From NCBI GenBank assembly GCA_963664405.1, contig OY761158.1:2624001-2688000 (forward strand): DNA of 64,000 nucleotides, in the 5' to 3' direction. How positions within the stretch are numbered: the first letter of the stretch is position 1; each line of letters opens with the position of its first letter. The notes beneath the pieces were generated by a model, which worked only from the letters and a program-made list of their open reading frames with translations, searched no databases and was not told the origin of the DNA. The DNA is from Thermoanaerobaculia bacterium (GTDB lineage Bacteria; Acidobacteriota; Thermoanaerobaculia; Multivoradales; Multivoraceae). Shown here piece by piece: positions 30,270 to 40,952 of this stretch. A program made the position numbers and the translations under genes.

Positions 30270-30483
30270 GCTGTCCGAGGACATCGAGGTCATTCGCCGA
30301 GCGTTCCCCCAGACTTATGTCCTGAGACCACCGAAGACTCACAATCTGGTGGCCATCGCAACCCCGGAGGAGGCGGTGGGTGTCGACGAGCTGATGCAAC
30401 GAGGCCGGGCACTGGATGACCGCTTCGGGACCGAGCTCTCCTTCGCCGAGCTCGCCGGCCAGATCCTCGATCGCGGCGATTGA
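30270..30483 (+). pseudogene. C-terminal fragment, possibly of a spermidine-synthase-like protein
   Basis: IRRAFPQTYVL...NLVAIAT pattern; no N-terminus visible. Confidence 0.35.
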
Positions 30484-30494
30484 AGCACCAGGCC

Positions 30495-33242
30495 CTAAGG
30501 AACCTCACCACTCTCCAGGCGCACCGGTTCTCCGAAGCCGAGACTCACGACGTCGTCCTCGATCTCGGCGAGATCGCCGAACACCAACCAGGTGAGTTTG
30601 TCGGGTTGGATGAACTTCGCCGCCGCCGCATTGAGCTCGCCCTCGCTGAGCCGCTCGACGTTGGCCGCGTAGTCGTAGTAGTACTGCGGTTCGTAGCCAT
30701 ATCTGACCATCGTCGTGGCCGCCTCCTCGAGATCCTCCAGGGTCTCGAAGCGTCCGGGTAGCCTCAGCACCATATGGCGCTTGATGCTCTCGAGCTCTTC
30801 GCCGCGGATCGCTCGCTCGCCGGCGATGCCACGAATCTCAGCTAGAACCTCGAGCATGGATTCTTTGGTCTTGTCTCTCTGGACCGGGGCGATCACGATC
30901 ATCGGCCGCGGGCCACGCGCCTCACGAAGAGCACCATAGACACCGTAGCTCCAGTGCTTGTCGAGGCGCAGATTGCGGTTGAGCCGCGACGTCGCCATGC
31001 CGCCGAAGAGTCGCATGACTGTCTCCATCGCAAGGTCTTCGGGCTGCCCCCCAGGGAGGGAGAGCTGTGCCGCCACGATGACCGACTGCGGAGCGCCAGG
31101 TTTGTCGACGAGATACACGTTTCGACTCTTGCTTGGCGCCATTTCGGACAGATTCTTCTTCGGAACCTCTGCCCTCTGCCAGCTGCCGAAACCGGGCTCG
31201 ACCTGTCTTACCAGCTCGTCCATGGTGATGTCGCCGGCGACGATCAGGGTCGAATTGTTTGGGCGAAGCCAGGTGTTGTGCCAATCGGCGAGGTCCCTCC
31301 GAGTGAGACTCTCGACACTCTCCAGTGTGCCAGACCCTGTCAGCGGGCTCGAGTAAGCATGGCCGGCCCCGAAGAGTAGCGGGGGTACCAGGCGGAGCGC
31401 GGCAGCGGTCGGCTGCGCGAGCTCCTGCTCGATCCGCGCCAGCTGCCGGCGCTTCACGATCTCGAAGGCCTCCGGCGGAAAGGCCGGGCTCAGGACGATG
31501 TCGGCGTAAATCTCTAGAGCCTCGCCAAGGCCTGCCTTCAGAGCTCGCAGCCGGACGAAAGAGAGATCCAAGGAATTGTCGGTGGTGACAAAGGCCCCCA
31601 GAGCATCGAGATCGTCGACCACCTTGAAGCCATCCCGGCTGTCGGTCCCCTCTTCCATCATCTCGAGGGTCATCCGGGCCAAGCCCATCTTCTCCCCGGA
31701 GTCAGCGGCGAAGCCGGCATCCGAAGCCAGAGTAAAATTCACCAAAGGCACCCCGCGGCGCTCGAGTAGGAGCAGCTGGAGACCGTTCTCCAGCTGCCGC
31801 GACTGGACCTCTGGGAAAGGCAGCTTCGAGCGCTCCGTGAGCGCCGGCAGCACCGAGCGATCAACGTCTGTGCCGCTGCCTTCGAGCTCTGGATATGGCA
31901 CCACCGTGAGTGTGTAGTGATGCCGCCCCAGCCAGTCGCGACTGGTGGCCAGAACTTCTTCGCTCTGGGCTCTTGCCATTGTGCGAAAGCTGTCGAGGTA
32001 GGCCTCGGGGCTGCCACCGTAGGTCATGCTCGCAGCGAGCACGTCGGAACGGCCGCCGAATCCGCCGAGGCGCTCGGTTCCGCGGACGAAGGAAGCAACG
32101 ATACGCGCACGCGCTCGCAGCAGCTCTTCGTCCGTCGGGCCGCTGCGGTGGAACTGGTCGAGAATCGCATCCATCTCGCGCTCGACTTCGGCCGTATCAA
32201 CACCCGGTCTCACCGTAGCGGTTACAGAGAACAGGCCCGAAAGCTCTAGATCCTCCATATCGGCACTGACCGAGGTCGCGAGCCTCTTCTCATAGACCAG
32301 CGCGCGGTCCAGGCGGGCGCTCTTGCTGCCACTCAGGACGCTCGCGACCAACTGCAGATGCGCCGACGCGTCGCTCCCCCATCCAGGAACGTGGTAAACC
32401 CGATAAATTCGAGCCTGAGGTACGCGGTCCTCGAGCACATCTCGAAGGTCGTCCTCCAACCTCGGCACCCACCGCTGGTAACGAGGAACAGGAGGCCCCG
32501 GCGGAATGGCCCCGAAGTACTTCTCGACCAACTCGACGGCTCGATCTACCGTGATATCTCCGGCGAGAGAGAGCACGCAATTTCCCGGACCGTAGAAAGT
32601 GCGGTACCAAGTGCGTACGTCTTCGAGAGTTGCCGCTTCGAGGTCCTCCATGCTGCCGATCGTGGGCCAGCTATAGGGGTGGGAGTAGGGATAGATCGAC
32701 TCGACCACGCGAGTGAATACGCGGCCGTAGGGGCGGTTCTCGCCCTGGCGTTTCTCGTTCTGAACCACGCCACGCTCGCGCTCCAAAGACTCAGGGGTGA
32801 TCCGAGCGGCGAGAAATCCCATCCGGTCTGATTCCAAAAATAGCGTCCGCTCCAGCGCCGAGGTTGGGACATCCTCGAAAAAATTCGTGCGGTCCCCGTT
32901 GGTGGTGCCGTTGCGGTTGTTGGCTCCGAGGTCATCCATCGCCTCACGGAAGCCGTGCGGATAGTTCTCGCTGCCGTTGAAGAAAAAGTGCTCGAAGAGG
33001 TGCGCAAATCCTGTCCGGCCCCGACTCTCGTTGCGAGAGCCGACGTGGTACCAGGTATTCACCGAGACGATGGGCAGACTGTGATCTTCGTGGACAAGAA
33101 GTACCAGACCGTTGGGCAGCACCCGGGTCTCGTGCTCGATACGCAGTAGGCCGAGATCGAGAGGGTCCAGACCCTGTGCACCGGTGGCAATGGCCCACGC
33201 CGCACCCAAGACCGCAAGCACAAATGACTTCCACGACGCCAT
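30495..33242 (-). CDS. M16 (pitrilysin/insulinase) zinc peptidase
   Basis: Signal peptide; TGFAHLFEH inverted Zn motif; two M16 halves. Confidence 0.95.
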   Translation of the reverse strand: MASWKSFVLAVLGAAWAIATGAQGLDPLDLGLLRIEHETRVLPNGLVLLVHEDHSLPIVSVNTWYHVGSRNESRGRTGFAHLFEHFFFNGSENYPHGFREAMDDLGANNRNGTTNGDRTNFFEDVPTSALERTLFLESDRMGFLAARITPESLERERGVVQNEKRQGENRPYGRVFTRVVESIYPYSHPYSWPTIGSMEDLEAATLEDVRTWYRTFYGPGNCVLSLAGDITVDRAVELVEKYFGAIPPGPPVPRYQRWVPRLEDDLRDVLEDRVPQARIYRVYHVPGWGSDASAHLQLVASVLSGSKSARLDRALVYEKRLATSVSADMEDLELSGLFSVTATVRPGVDTAEVEREMDAILDQFHRSGPTDEELLRARARIVASFVRGTERLGGFGGRSDVLAASMTYGGSPEAYLDSFRTMARAQSEEVLATSRDWLGRHHYTLTVVPYPELEGSGTDVDRSVLPALTERSKLPFPEVQSRQLENGLQLLLLERRGVPLVNFTLASDAGFAADSGEKMGLARMTLEMMEEGTDSRDGFKVVDDLDALGAFVTTDNSLDLSFVRLRALKAGLGEALEIYADIVLSPAFPPEAFEIVKRRQLARIEQELAQPTAAALRLVPPLLFGAGHAYSSPLTGSGTLESVESLTRRDLADWHNTWLRPNNSTLIVAGDITMDELVRQVEPGFGSWQRAEVPKKNLSEMAPSKSRNVYLVDKPGAPQSVIVAAQLSLPGGQPEDLAMETVMRLFGGMATSRLNRNLRLDKHWSYGVYGALREARGPRPMIVIAPVQRDKTKESMLEVLAEIRGIAGERAIRGEELESIKRHMVLRLPGRFETLEDLEEAATTMVRYGYEPQYYYDYAANVERLSEGELNAAAAKFIQPDKLTWLVFGDLAEIEDDVVSLGFGEPVRLESGEVP

Positions 33243-33370
33243 AGACAGATGCCTCCGAAAGTGATGAATATCACTTCCGGAGGCGCCCTGTCTCTCTCCT
33301 GCGGCTGCGCCGTCCCCGGCGCACTGATTGCTAGCCGAAGGAAACAGTACCGATCACTTAAAGAGAATGG

Positions 33371-33712
33371 CTACCCGATGGCTACGGTCCCGGTCTCCCC
33401 GGTGCGGATGCGAACGCACTCGGCCATATCGAAGACAAAGATCTTCCCGTCGCCGATGCGACCGGTCTTCGCCCCGCCTGTTATCGCCTCGACGACGGTA
33501 TCTAAGTACTCGTCGTTCACAGCCACCTCGAGTTTCACTTTACGCAGCAAGCTGCCCGACTCTTTGTGGCTGCGGTAGACCTCTGAGACGCCCTTCTGCC
33601 GGCCCCGCCCCATCACATTGGAAACGGTTACCAAATGAATATCGCTGTCCTTCAGCCTGTCGAGGACCTCGTTCTTACGGTCCGGCTGCACGATGGCGAT
33701 GATGTATTTCAT
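33371..33712 (-). CDS. glnK: P-II nitrogen regulator
   Basis: GRGRQKG, TGRIGDGKIFV, RIRTGE; adjacent to amtB. Confidence 0.9.
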   Translation of the reverse strand: MKYIIAIVQPDRKNEVLDRLKDSDIHLVTVSNVMGRGRQKGVSEVYRSHKESGSLLRKVKLEVAVNDEYLDTVVEAITGGAKTGRIGDGKIFVFDMAECVRIRTGETGTVAIG

Positions 33713-33728
33713 GATCTCTCCTCCCGCC

Positions 33729-35048
33729 TTAGTCGACCAGAGTGTAGGCAGACTCTCGATGCGATGTGACATCGAGGCCGACTCGCTCGTCGTCTTCGTC
33801 GACGCGAAGACCGACGATCTTGTCAATCACCTTGAGCAGAATGAACGAAACTACGCCAGCCCACACGATCGTGAAAACGACAGCTTTGAGCTGGATGGCG
33901 ACCTGACCTGCATTGCCGTAGAAAAGGCCATTGGTGTCGTTGCCCGGCACCATGTCGGTGGCCCAGAGACCGGCAGCGATGGCCCCCCACATTCCGGCGA
34001 CACCGTGGACGCCGAAGACGTCGAGGGAGTCGTCGTATCCGAACTTCTCTTTGATGACGGCCAAAGCGAAGTAGGCGCAGATTGAGGCACCTAGACCCAC
34101 GCCGAGAGCGCCCATCGCGTTGACCGAGCCGCAAGCCGGCGTAATCGCCACAAGCCCGGCGACAGCTCCGGTAATGACCCCGAGCAGGGTCGGCTTCGAG
34201 TTGAGGACCCAGTCGAGAGCACCCCAGGTGACAGCGGCGGTCGCGGCGGCAATATGAGTGACCACGAAAGCATTCGCCGCCGAGCCGTTCGCGGCGACGG
34301 CGCTGCCGGCGTTGAAGCCGAACCAGCCGAACCAGAGCAGACCGGTGCCGAGCACGGCGAACGGGAGGTTGTGTGGCGGCGAGATGCCCCTCGGAAAGCC
34401 CTGTCGTTTGCCGAGCAAGAGCGCAGCGACCAGGGCTGATACTCCGGCGTTGATATGCACCACAGTGCCGCCTGCAAAGTCGAGTGCGCCGTCGGCGCCA
34501 AGGCCGAAGAAGCCACCAGCGCCACCCCAGACCCAGTGACAAACCGGCGCGTAGACCACCAACAGCCACAGGCTCATGAACAGACAGATGGCACTGAACT
34601 TCATGCGCTCGGCGAACGCACCGATCATCAGCGCAGGGGTGATAACGGCGAACATCGCCTGAAAGATCATGAACAGCTGGCCGGGGATTGCGGTGCCGTC
34701 CCAGGCATCGAAGCCCACGTCGCGGAGGAACATGTAGTCCAGGCCGCCGACGACTCCACCGAGGACGTCAGAGCCGAAGGCCAGGCTGAAACCGACCAGC
34801 ACCCAGAGAATGGTCATCAACCCCATGCACAAGAAGCACTGCATAAGGATGGACAAGACGTTCTTGCGTCTGACCAGGCCGCCGTAGAAGAAGGCGAGGC
34901 CCGGTGTCATCAACAGCACTAGTGCGCAGCTCGTCAGCATCCACGCCGTATCTCCGCTGTCAATACCCTCCTGGGCCGCCGCCGGAGGCGCCAGACCGAG
35001 GAACATGAAGAGCGCTATCAGGAGCAAGGCCCCGCGCGGTGAACTCAT
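33729..35048 (-). CDS. amtB: Ammonium transporter
   Basis: PGLAFFYGG, DFAGGTVVH, WFGWFGFNAGS, DDSLDVFGVHG. Confidence 0.97.
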   Translation of the reverse strand: MSSPRGALLLIALFMFLGLAPPAAAQEGIDSGDTAWMLTSCALVLLMTPGLAFFYGGLVRRKNVLSILMQCFLCMGLMTILWVLVGFSLAFGSDVLGGVVGGLDYMFLRDVGFDAWDGTAIPGQLFMIFQAMFAVITPALMIGAFAERMKFSAICLFMSLWLLVVYAPVCHWVWGGAGGFFGLGADGALDFAGGTVVHINAGVSALVAALLLGKRQGFPRGISPPHNLPFAVLGTGLLWFGWFGFNAGSAVAANGSAANAFVVTHIAAATAAVTWGALDWVLNSKPTLLGVITGAVAGLVAITPACGSVNAMGALGVGLGASICAYFALAVIKEKFGYDDSLDVFGVHGVAGMWGAIAAGLWATDMVPGNDTNGLFYGNAGQVAIQLKAVVFTIVWAGVVSFILLKVIDKIVGLRVDEDDERVGLDVTSHRESAYTLVD

Positions 35049-35206
35049 CGCTACCCTCCTTCGAATCGTGATGTACGGAACAACAGCATCGTACTCGCAA
35101 CAAAAACTCTCGCGCAACGACGAACAAAAACGTCGCATTGGAGGCGCGAAGGACTTTTTTTGAGCACTCGCATCAAAGCAGGCCGAGGGCGACCCTGTAC
35201 GAGTTG

Positions 35207-38200
35207 ATGACACACAGCCGCCTTGAACCCACCCCCGCTAGACAAACTCGACCCCCTCAGAGGCGTCGTCCTCGAGCGATCGTCGCTGCCCTCATCGCTC
35301 TCTCGCTGTCGGCAGTCATAGCCGAAGCGCAGATCTACCTCCCCGATTCAGACTCGGTCGCCTACTCGGCGTACGCCGCCATCGCCGGCACCAAGATCAC
35401 AGCGCACCGCGGGAGCTCGGTGAGGGGAGACCTCCACTCCAACAATAGAGTGACGATCCGTCTCCGAGCCACCGTCGATGGAGACGTCACGGCCGGGCTC
35501 AGGATCAGGCAGCAGGGTGTAGTCACCGGGACAGCCACCGAGGGGGCGCCGCTGGTCGATCTCCCATCTCCGCCGAGTCGGAAAGCGGCAGTCGCCATCG
35601 CAGACCGCACTTTCACGGGTGACCAAGTCTTTGTCGACGAGGTTTTCAACGACGTCATCTATGTCGATGGCAACGTTTCGATTCGGGGCTCGATCAACGG
35701 TGTCGGTTCCGTCATCGCGAGCGGGAAGATCGTGGTCGAGCGCCTCGATTTCGCCGGAGAGGTCGCTCTCGACGCGACGACGCGGCTCGCCCTGATCGCA
35801 TCGGGCAAAATCGAGGTGGGCCGATACCGAGCTCTGCGAGGGGCCCTCGTGACTGGCACGCGTCTCGTTCTGAACCAGGATTGTCGGTTCGAGGGTGTGC
35901 TTGTCGCCTCGAAGAGGATCGTGATCGCGAGCGACTCAGTGGTCAGCTTCGTCGATCCAGTCGGCGACACAGTAGAGCCCGCGCTGAGCTTGGTGGCTCC
36001 GAGCTCTCCCCTCGTCACCGCCGTGACTCGGATCGACCTAGCCTTCTTCTACGCCGACGACGGCACCGGATTGGATCTGGCGAGCCTGCGGGTACTCTTC
36101 AACGGCGCCGACATCACCGATGCTTGCCTGCCCGAGGCGGTCGTGGCCTCCTGCCCTGCGACTCTAGCGGGATCGGGCGAACAGACCGTAGAGGCAACCA
36201 TCAGCGACTTCGCGGGCAACATAGCGAACAAGACCTTCCACTTCGAGGCCACTCTGGACGAGGCGGCGCCCACCGTAGTCATCAACTCGCCCGCTTCGGG
36301 TGCGATCGTCTCCACCCCCCTGCTCCTGATCTCGGCGTCCGTGGCGGACGACGGCGAGGTCACGATCGTCACTGTGAACGGCAGGGTCATCGAGCCCGAG
36401 AACGGACAGATCTCCAGCCAAGTGAATCTCCGTGAAGGCGCGAACCGAATTGAGCTAACCGCCAGAGACGGCACCGGCAAGACCGCTGCTGCGGAAGTCG
36501 AAGTGACCCTCGACACCCCCAGCTCACACTTTCTAGACCCATCGAAGAGGCTTTCATAAGTAACAGCGCCTCCCTCAGAGTGGTCGGAGTCGCCGCCGAT
36601 GCGACCGGCATCTCTGCCCTGAAGATCGGCAACACCTCGGTCAACCCGACCGAAGGAGCGTTCGATGAAGAAGTGGCGCTCGCCGAGGGCGCCAACAGCA
36701 TTCGGGTCACCGCTGAGGATGGGGCCGGCAACCAGACATCTGTCGAGCTGGAGGTCCATCGATTCACCTTGCCGGTGATCGCGATTCTGGCGCCCGAAGA
36801 CGCCACTCTTGTTCTAGGGACGACAACCGAGGTCAGCGGAACGATCAGCGACCCAACCGCCACGGTCGAGGTGAACGGTATCCCCGCACAGGTCGTCGGC
36901 TCCGAATTCGTCGCCCAAGATCTACCGATCGGTAGTGGAGCCAACCTGTTCAAGGCGGTCATAACAACCGCGAGCGGGCGACAGGCGGCCGACTCGATCA
37001 CCCTGTTCCGTGATCTGACGCCGCCAAGAGTCGTCATTGAAGAGCCGAGGAACGGCTCACGTGTCTTTGAGCCGACCCTCTCCGTGACCGGCATGGTCAA
37101 CGACATCGTCGTCGGAACCGTGAACTCAGAGCAGGCCACGGTTACCGTCAATGGTCAGCAGGCTGAGGTGTCGAACCGCTCATTTCGCCTTGACCGAATC
37201 ACTCTGAGCCCGGGTGAGAACGTGATCACCGCAACAGCGGTGGACCCCAGCGGCAATAGGAGCCAGGAGACAACGACCGTTCACTTCGAGGCACCCGATG
37301 GGCCCACGATCGCCATCTTCGGCGGCGACGGCCAGAGCAGCGTTATCGGCTCGCTTCTACCCGCGCCCCTATCGGCCATGCTTCGAGATCGGAATGGCGC
37401 ACCGGTGGCGGGAGAGCTGGTCACTTTTCGCGCGGTCGGCAACGACGGCTCTCTCGATGTCGGTCTCAGACAAGTGGCTCTCAGCACCGATGGAAACGGC
37501 CTGGCACAGGTGGGCTTCACCCTCGGGCGACGAGCGGGCAATCAGACCATCGAAGCCACCGCGGTCGGTTTCAGCGGCCGGGCGGTCTTCAACGCGATCG
37601 CGCTCCCGGCCCAGGCCGCGCTCCTGGTCCCGGACTCCGGCGATCAGCAGGTCGGAATCAGCTCACGGGAGCTCCCTGAACCACTGGTAGTTGTCGTCAC
37701 CGACAGTGGCTTCAACCGGCTCGGAGGGATACCCGTGACTTTCGAGATCGTCGAGGGGGAGGGTCAGCTGGAGAATGGTCTCGAAAAGTGGGTCGTGGTA
37801 TCTGACAGCGACGGGCGCGCCGCTGCCCGCCTGACTCTGGGCGCACCGGAGGGAGTCGCCAATAACGTGGTCCAGGCGCGCCTCGGAGACGAGCCTGATG
37901 ATCCGGCCGTCGCCTTCACCGCGGCCGCTCAGATCGCCGGGCACCCGAGCCTCACAACGATTAGTGGTCTGGTTCTCGACAATACAGACTTGCCGGTCCC
38001 CGGCGTAACCGTGACGGTGGCAGAGAACGCCGCAGCCAGCCAAAGCGATAACTCCGGCTTCTTTCACATCATCGGCGCACCGGTTGGGGCCCTGCACCTC
38101 ATCGTCGACGGAAGCACGGCCCAGCGGCCCGGCTCGTGGCCAACGCTCGAGTTCACGCTGACGGCGGTGCCCGGGCGCGACAATTCGCTGGGCCGACCCA

Positions 38201-39462
38201 TCTTCCTACTTCCGCTCGCCACTCAGAACGCACTCTTCGTCGACGAAGGGAGCGGAGGCGTACTCACCATAGCCGAGATTCCCGGCTTCTCGCTGGAAGT
38301 GGCGCCGGGGTCCGTCACGTTCCCCGATGGCTCCAGTACGGGGGTCGTCACCGTCACTCCCGTTCACAGCGACAAGATCCCGATGACCCCAGGCTTCGGT
38401 CAGCAGCCGCGCTTCATCGTAACCATCCAACCGGCCGGAGCGAAGTTCGACCCACCCGCTCCACTCACCCTACCGAACGTAGACGGCATGGTGCCCGGCG
38501 AGGTAACGGAGCTCTATTCCTTCGACCATGATCTGGGGCAGTTCGTCAGCATCGGGCCAGGTACGGTCAGCGACGACGGTACGCGCATCACTTCGAACAA
38601 GGGGGTCGGCATAGTGAAAGCCGGCTGGCACTGCGGTGGCAACCCGGGGCCGCCGGGCTGGCCCCACGACTGCCCCCTCTGTCGACGCTGCGTCTCCGGG
38701 ATCTGCGTGCCGGACTCGAGTCAAACCCCGCTCCAGTTCGCCGACGACGACTGTCTGTTTCAGGGCTGCGCTCACGGCACTCTTCTCGACTTCGAAACAG
38801 ACCTGGAGACACCTCCGCAGATAGCCGACAACTGCTTCAATGAGATCTGTCCCCGCGACGAGAAGCGGCTCGACCTCAACGACGCGCCGCTCCCACTCGA
38901 GTGTTGTGGCAATCTGAAGATCGATCTCCCCGAGGGTAGACTTACCGGCATCTACGATCCCGATAATGAATGCTGTGTCGACGACGGACTACTGATCGTC
39001 GACAAAGGCCCACCGCTGGACGATATTGAGCTATGTCCGCAGAGGTCGCGGCCACCGCTCAGCGAGCTGCCCTACGACTACCAAGGCTGCAGCGTTCCCG
39101 CCGTGGTAACCATGATCGCGGGCTTTCACTCCCCGAACAACCCCGCGGGCGGGCAGAGCACGCACTTCAGCGACTTCGACCTCGGCCCTGCCGCACAGCA
39201 CAACCTGCCCTGCGACGTCCACGACGCGTGTTTTCAATCATGCAAAACCACCGAAGCAGAGCGCACGATGTGTGATGACGACTGGCAAGACGCTCTGCTC
39301 CGTGTATGTGAGCTGGCGATGAGCCACCCGGTGGACGGTCAGGACCTCTCAATCATTCATCGCTGCTTTGTGGCCGCAAACGTCTACTTCCAAACAGTTA
39401 GCACCTTAGGGAAGTTCTTTTTCGAAGCGAACCAGAAGGACTTCTGTCAATGCTGCGACTAG
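35207..39462 (+). CDS. Large secreted Ig-repeat protein with a C-terminal phospholipase A2-like domain (one frameshift near 36517)
   Basis: Signal peptide, beta-helix-like N-domain, repeated Ig domains (L.EGAN.I...A.D..G), Big_1/carboxypeptidase-regulatory-like domains, Cys-rich linker, CDVHDACFQSC; frames join at the C-run GACACCCCCAG. Confidence 0.75.
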
Positions 39463-39605
39463 ACCAGCGTTTCCAAAGTTCGTGCTGCATAGCTCGAGCT
39501 CATTCTGTTCGCTGGCCAGGCGCGCCGACGCAGGCATATTGGGCAATATTCGAGGAGCGCGGGGGCGCCCAGCCAACGCCGGCAGCGGGCAGAAGGGGCC
39601 GAGAT

Positions 39606-40823
39606 ATGTGCGCGAACTTTGGAAACGCTGGTCTAGCTATCAGAACGGGTCTCTTTCTGTTCGGTCTCTTCGCTTTGATCGTCGCGGCGAGGCCCCAATC
39701 GCTCCGAGTCGAGTGGTCTGAGCTGATGGATCACCCGGGCATTCGAGCCACGGTAGAGTGCGTCGCCGCGACTCCCCAAGGTGGCGTGCGCATACTGTTC
39801 TCACCTCAGCGCTCGGCCGCGGCGGAAGGGAGCCAACAGTTTTCCCTCTTGAGCGTCGGGCCCGATGGCCGGGCTACCGCGCCAGGTCTGCTGCCGGTGG
39901 CGACCGCCCCGAGTCTCATCCTAAGACGTGGAGGGTGTGCAAGCCTTTCAAACGGCGATCTCTTCGTGGTGGGCTCACTGCGATCGACGGGCGAGCTTGC
40001 CTTCTTCTCCGTCGACGAGCGCGGGAGGATTGCCGCTTCAGGGAAGCTTCTCGGACCTTCGGACGGTTGGAGCCCCGACAAGGTCATCCGCACCTCCCGG
40101 GACCGCCTCCTAGCGGTCGGCAGCAGGGCCTCCTCCGATGCGAGATTCGCCCTCGTCTTCGACTCCCAGGGGAACATCGAATGGAAGCTCGACGCCTCGG
40201 CCGCTCGCGGCGTCACCTTTCAAGACGTACTCGAAATGCCGAATGGCGACTTTGTTCTCTGCGGTTTCGAAAACTCGGATCCACAGGCCATCGCCGAGTC
40301 CTCCAACAGCATCTTCGGACTCCTTCCCAAGAACCTCTGGGTGGGGAGAGTCAGCAAAGAAGGGAAGCTGCTCGCGGAGCGTCGTCCGGAGGGACTCGAG
40401 TGCCGTCTCATGCTGCGGGGCGCCACCCCCATTCTCATCTTCGACCGCGGCCAGATCGGCACCGGCGAATTGGTACAAGCGGAGCTTTCAGAGAGCCTCG
40501 AGATCGTCGAGGAGCACGTCATGCTCGAGTCCTTCGCGCGGGCCTTCTCGCTGCCTGTGGCAACGTTCGCTGACAGCTCGGTCCTGGCTCTCGAAGCCCG
40601 GGGAGAGCAAGCTCCCGTGCTCTATCTATTCGGTCCCAAGGTGGGCAGAAAGCTGGACGAGCTTGCCGAAGAAAGGCTTCAGGCCGCTCTTCCGCTCCTC
40701 ATCGCATCCGGAGAGAGCGTCTTCGATGTGGCGACGGACTTCCAGTTTGCAGACGAGACAGAGGCTCGGTCGATCGTAGCGAAAACGCGAGTGACGAAGA
40801 TTGTTGTGGAAGTAGATCCCTGA
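39606..40823 (+). CDS. Secreted beta-propeller-like hypothetical protein (candidate immunity protein)
   Basis: Signal peptide; blade-like repeats VDERGRI, FDSQGNIEW, VSKEGKLL. Confidence 0.6.
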   Translation: MCANFGNAGLAIRTGLFLFGLFALIVAARPQSLRVEWSELMDHPGIRATVECVAATPQGGVRILFSPQRSAAAEGSQQFSLLSVGPDGRATAPGLLPVATAPSLILRRGGCASLSNGDLFVVGSLRSTGELAFFSVDERGRIAASGKLLGPSDGWSPDKVIRTSRDRLLAVGSRASSDARFALVFDSQGNIEWKLDASAARGVTFQDVLEMPNGDFVLCGFENSDPQAIAESSNSIFGLLPKNLWVGRVSKEGKLLAERRPEGLECRLMLRGATPILIFDRGQIGTGELVQAELSESLEIVEEHVMLESFARAFSLPVATFADSSVLALEARGEQAPVLYLFGPKVGRKLDELAEERLQAALPLLIASGESVFDVATDFQFADETEARSIVAKTRVTKIVVEVDP

Positions 40824-40952
40824 CAAGACGCCGGCGAAGCGCCGGCCGGTCTAGAAAACATCGATAGCGCCCTCAGTTGAGGAGGTCGGACGAGCCGACT
40901 CTTGGCGGGAGCTGTGGCTAAACGAAGGGAGCAGTACGCCGTGAACCATTCA

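Noticed and set aside
35050-35200. Sigma54/NtrC sites upstream of amtB
   Set aside because: No convincing TGGCAC-N5-TTGC or TGCAC-N7-GTGCA match.
40830-40846. GCCGGCG/CGCCGGC hairpin as a terminator
   Set aside because: No U-tract, and such stems arise easily at this GC content.
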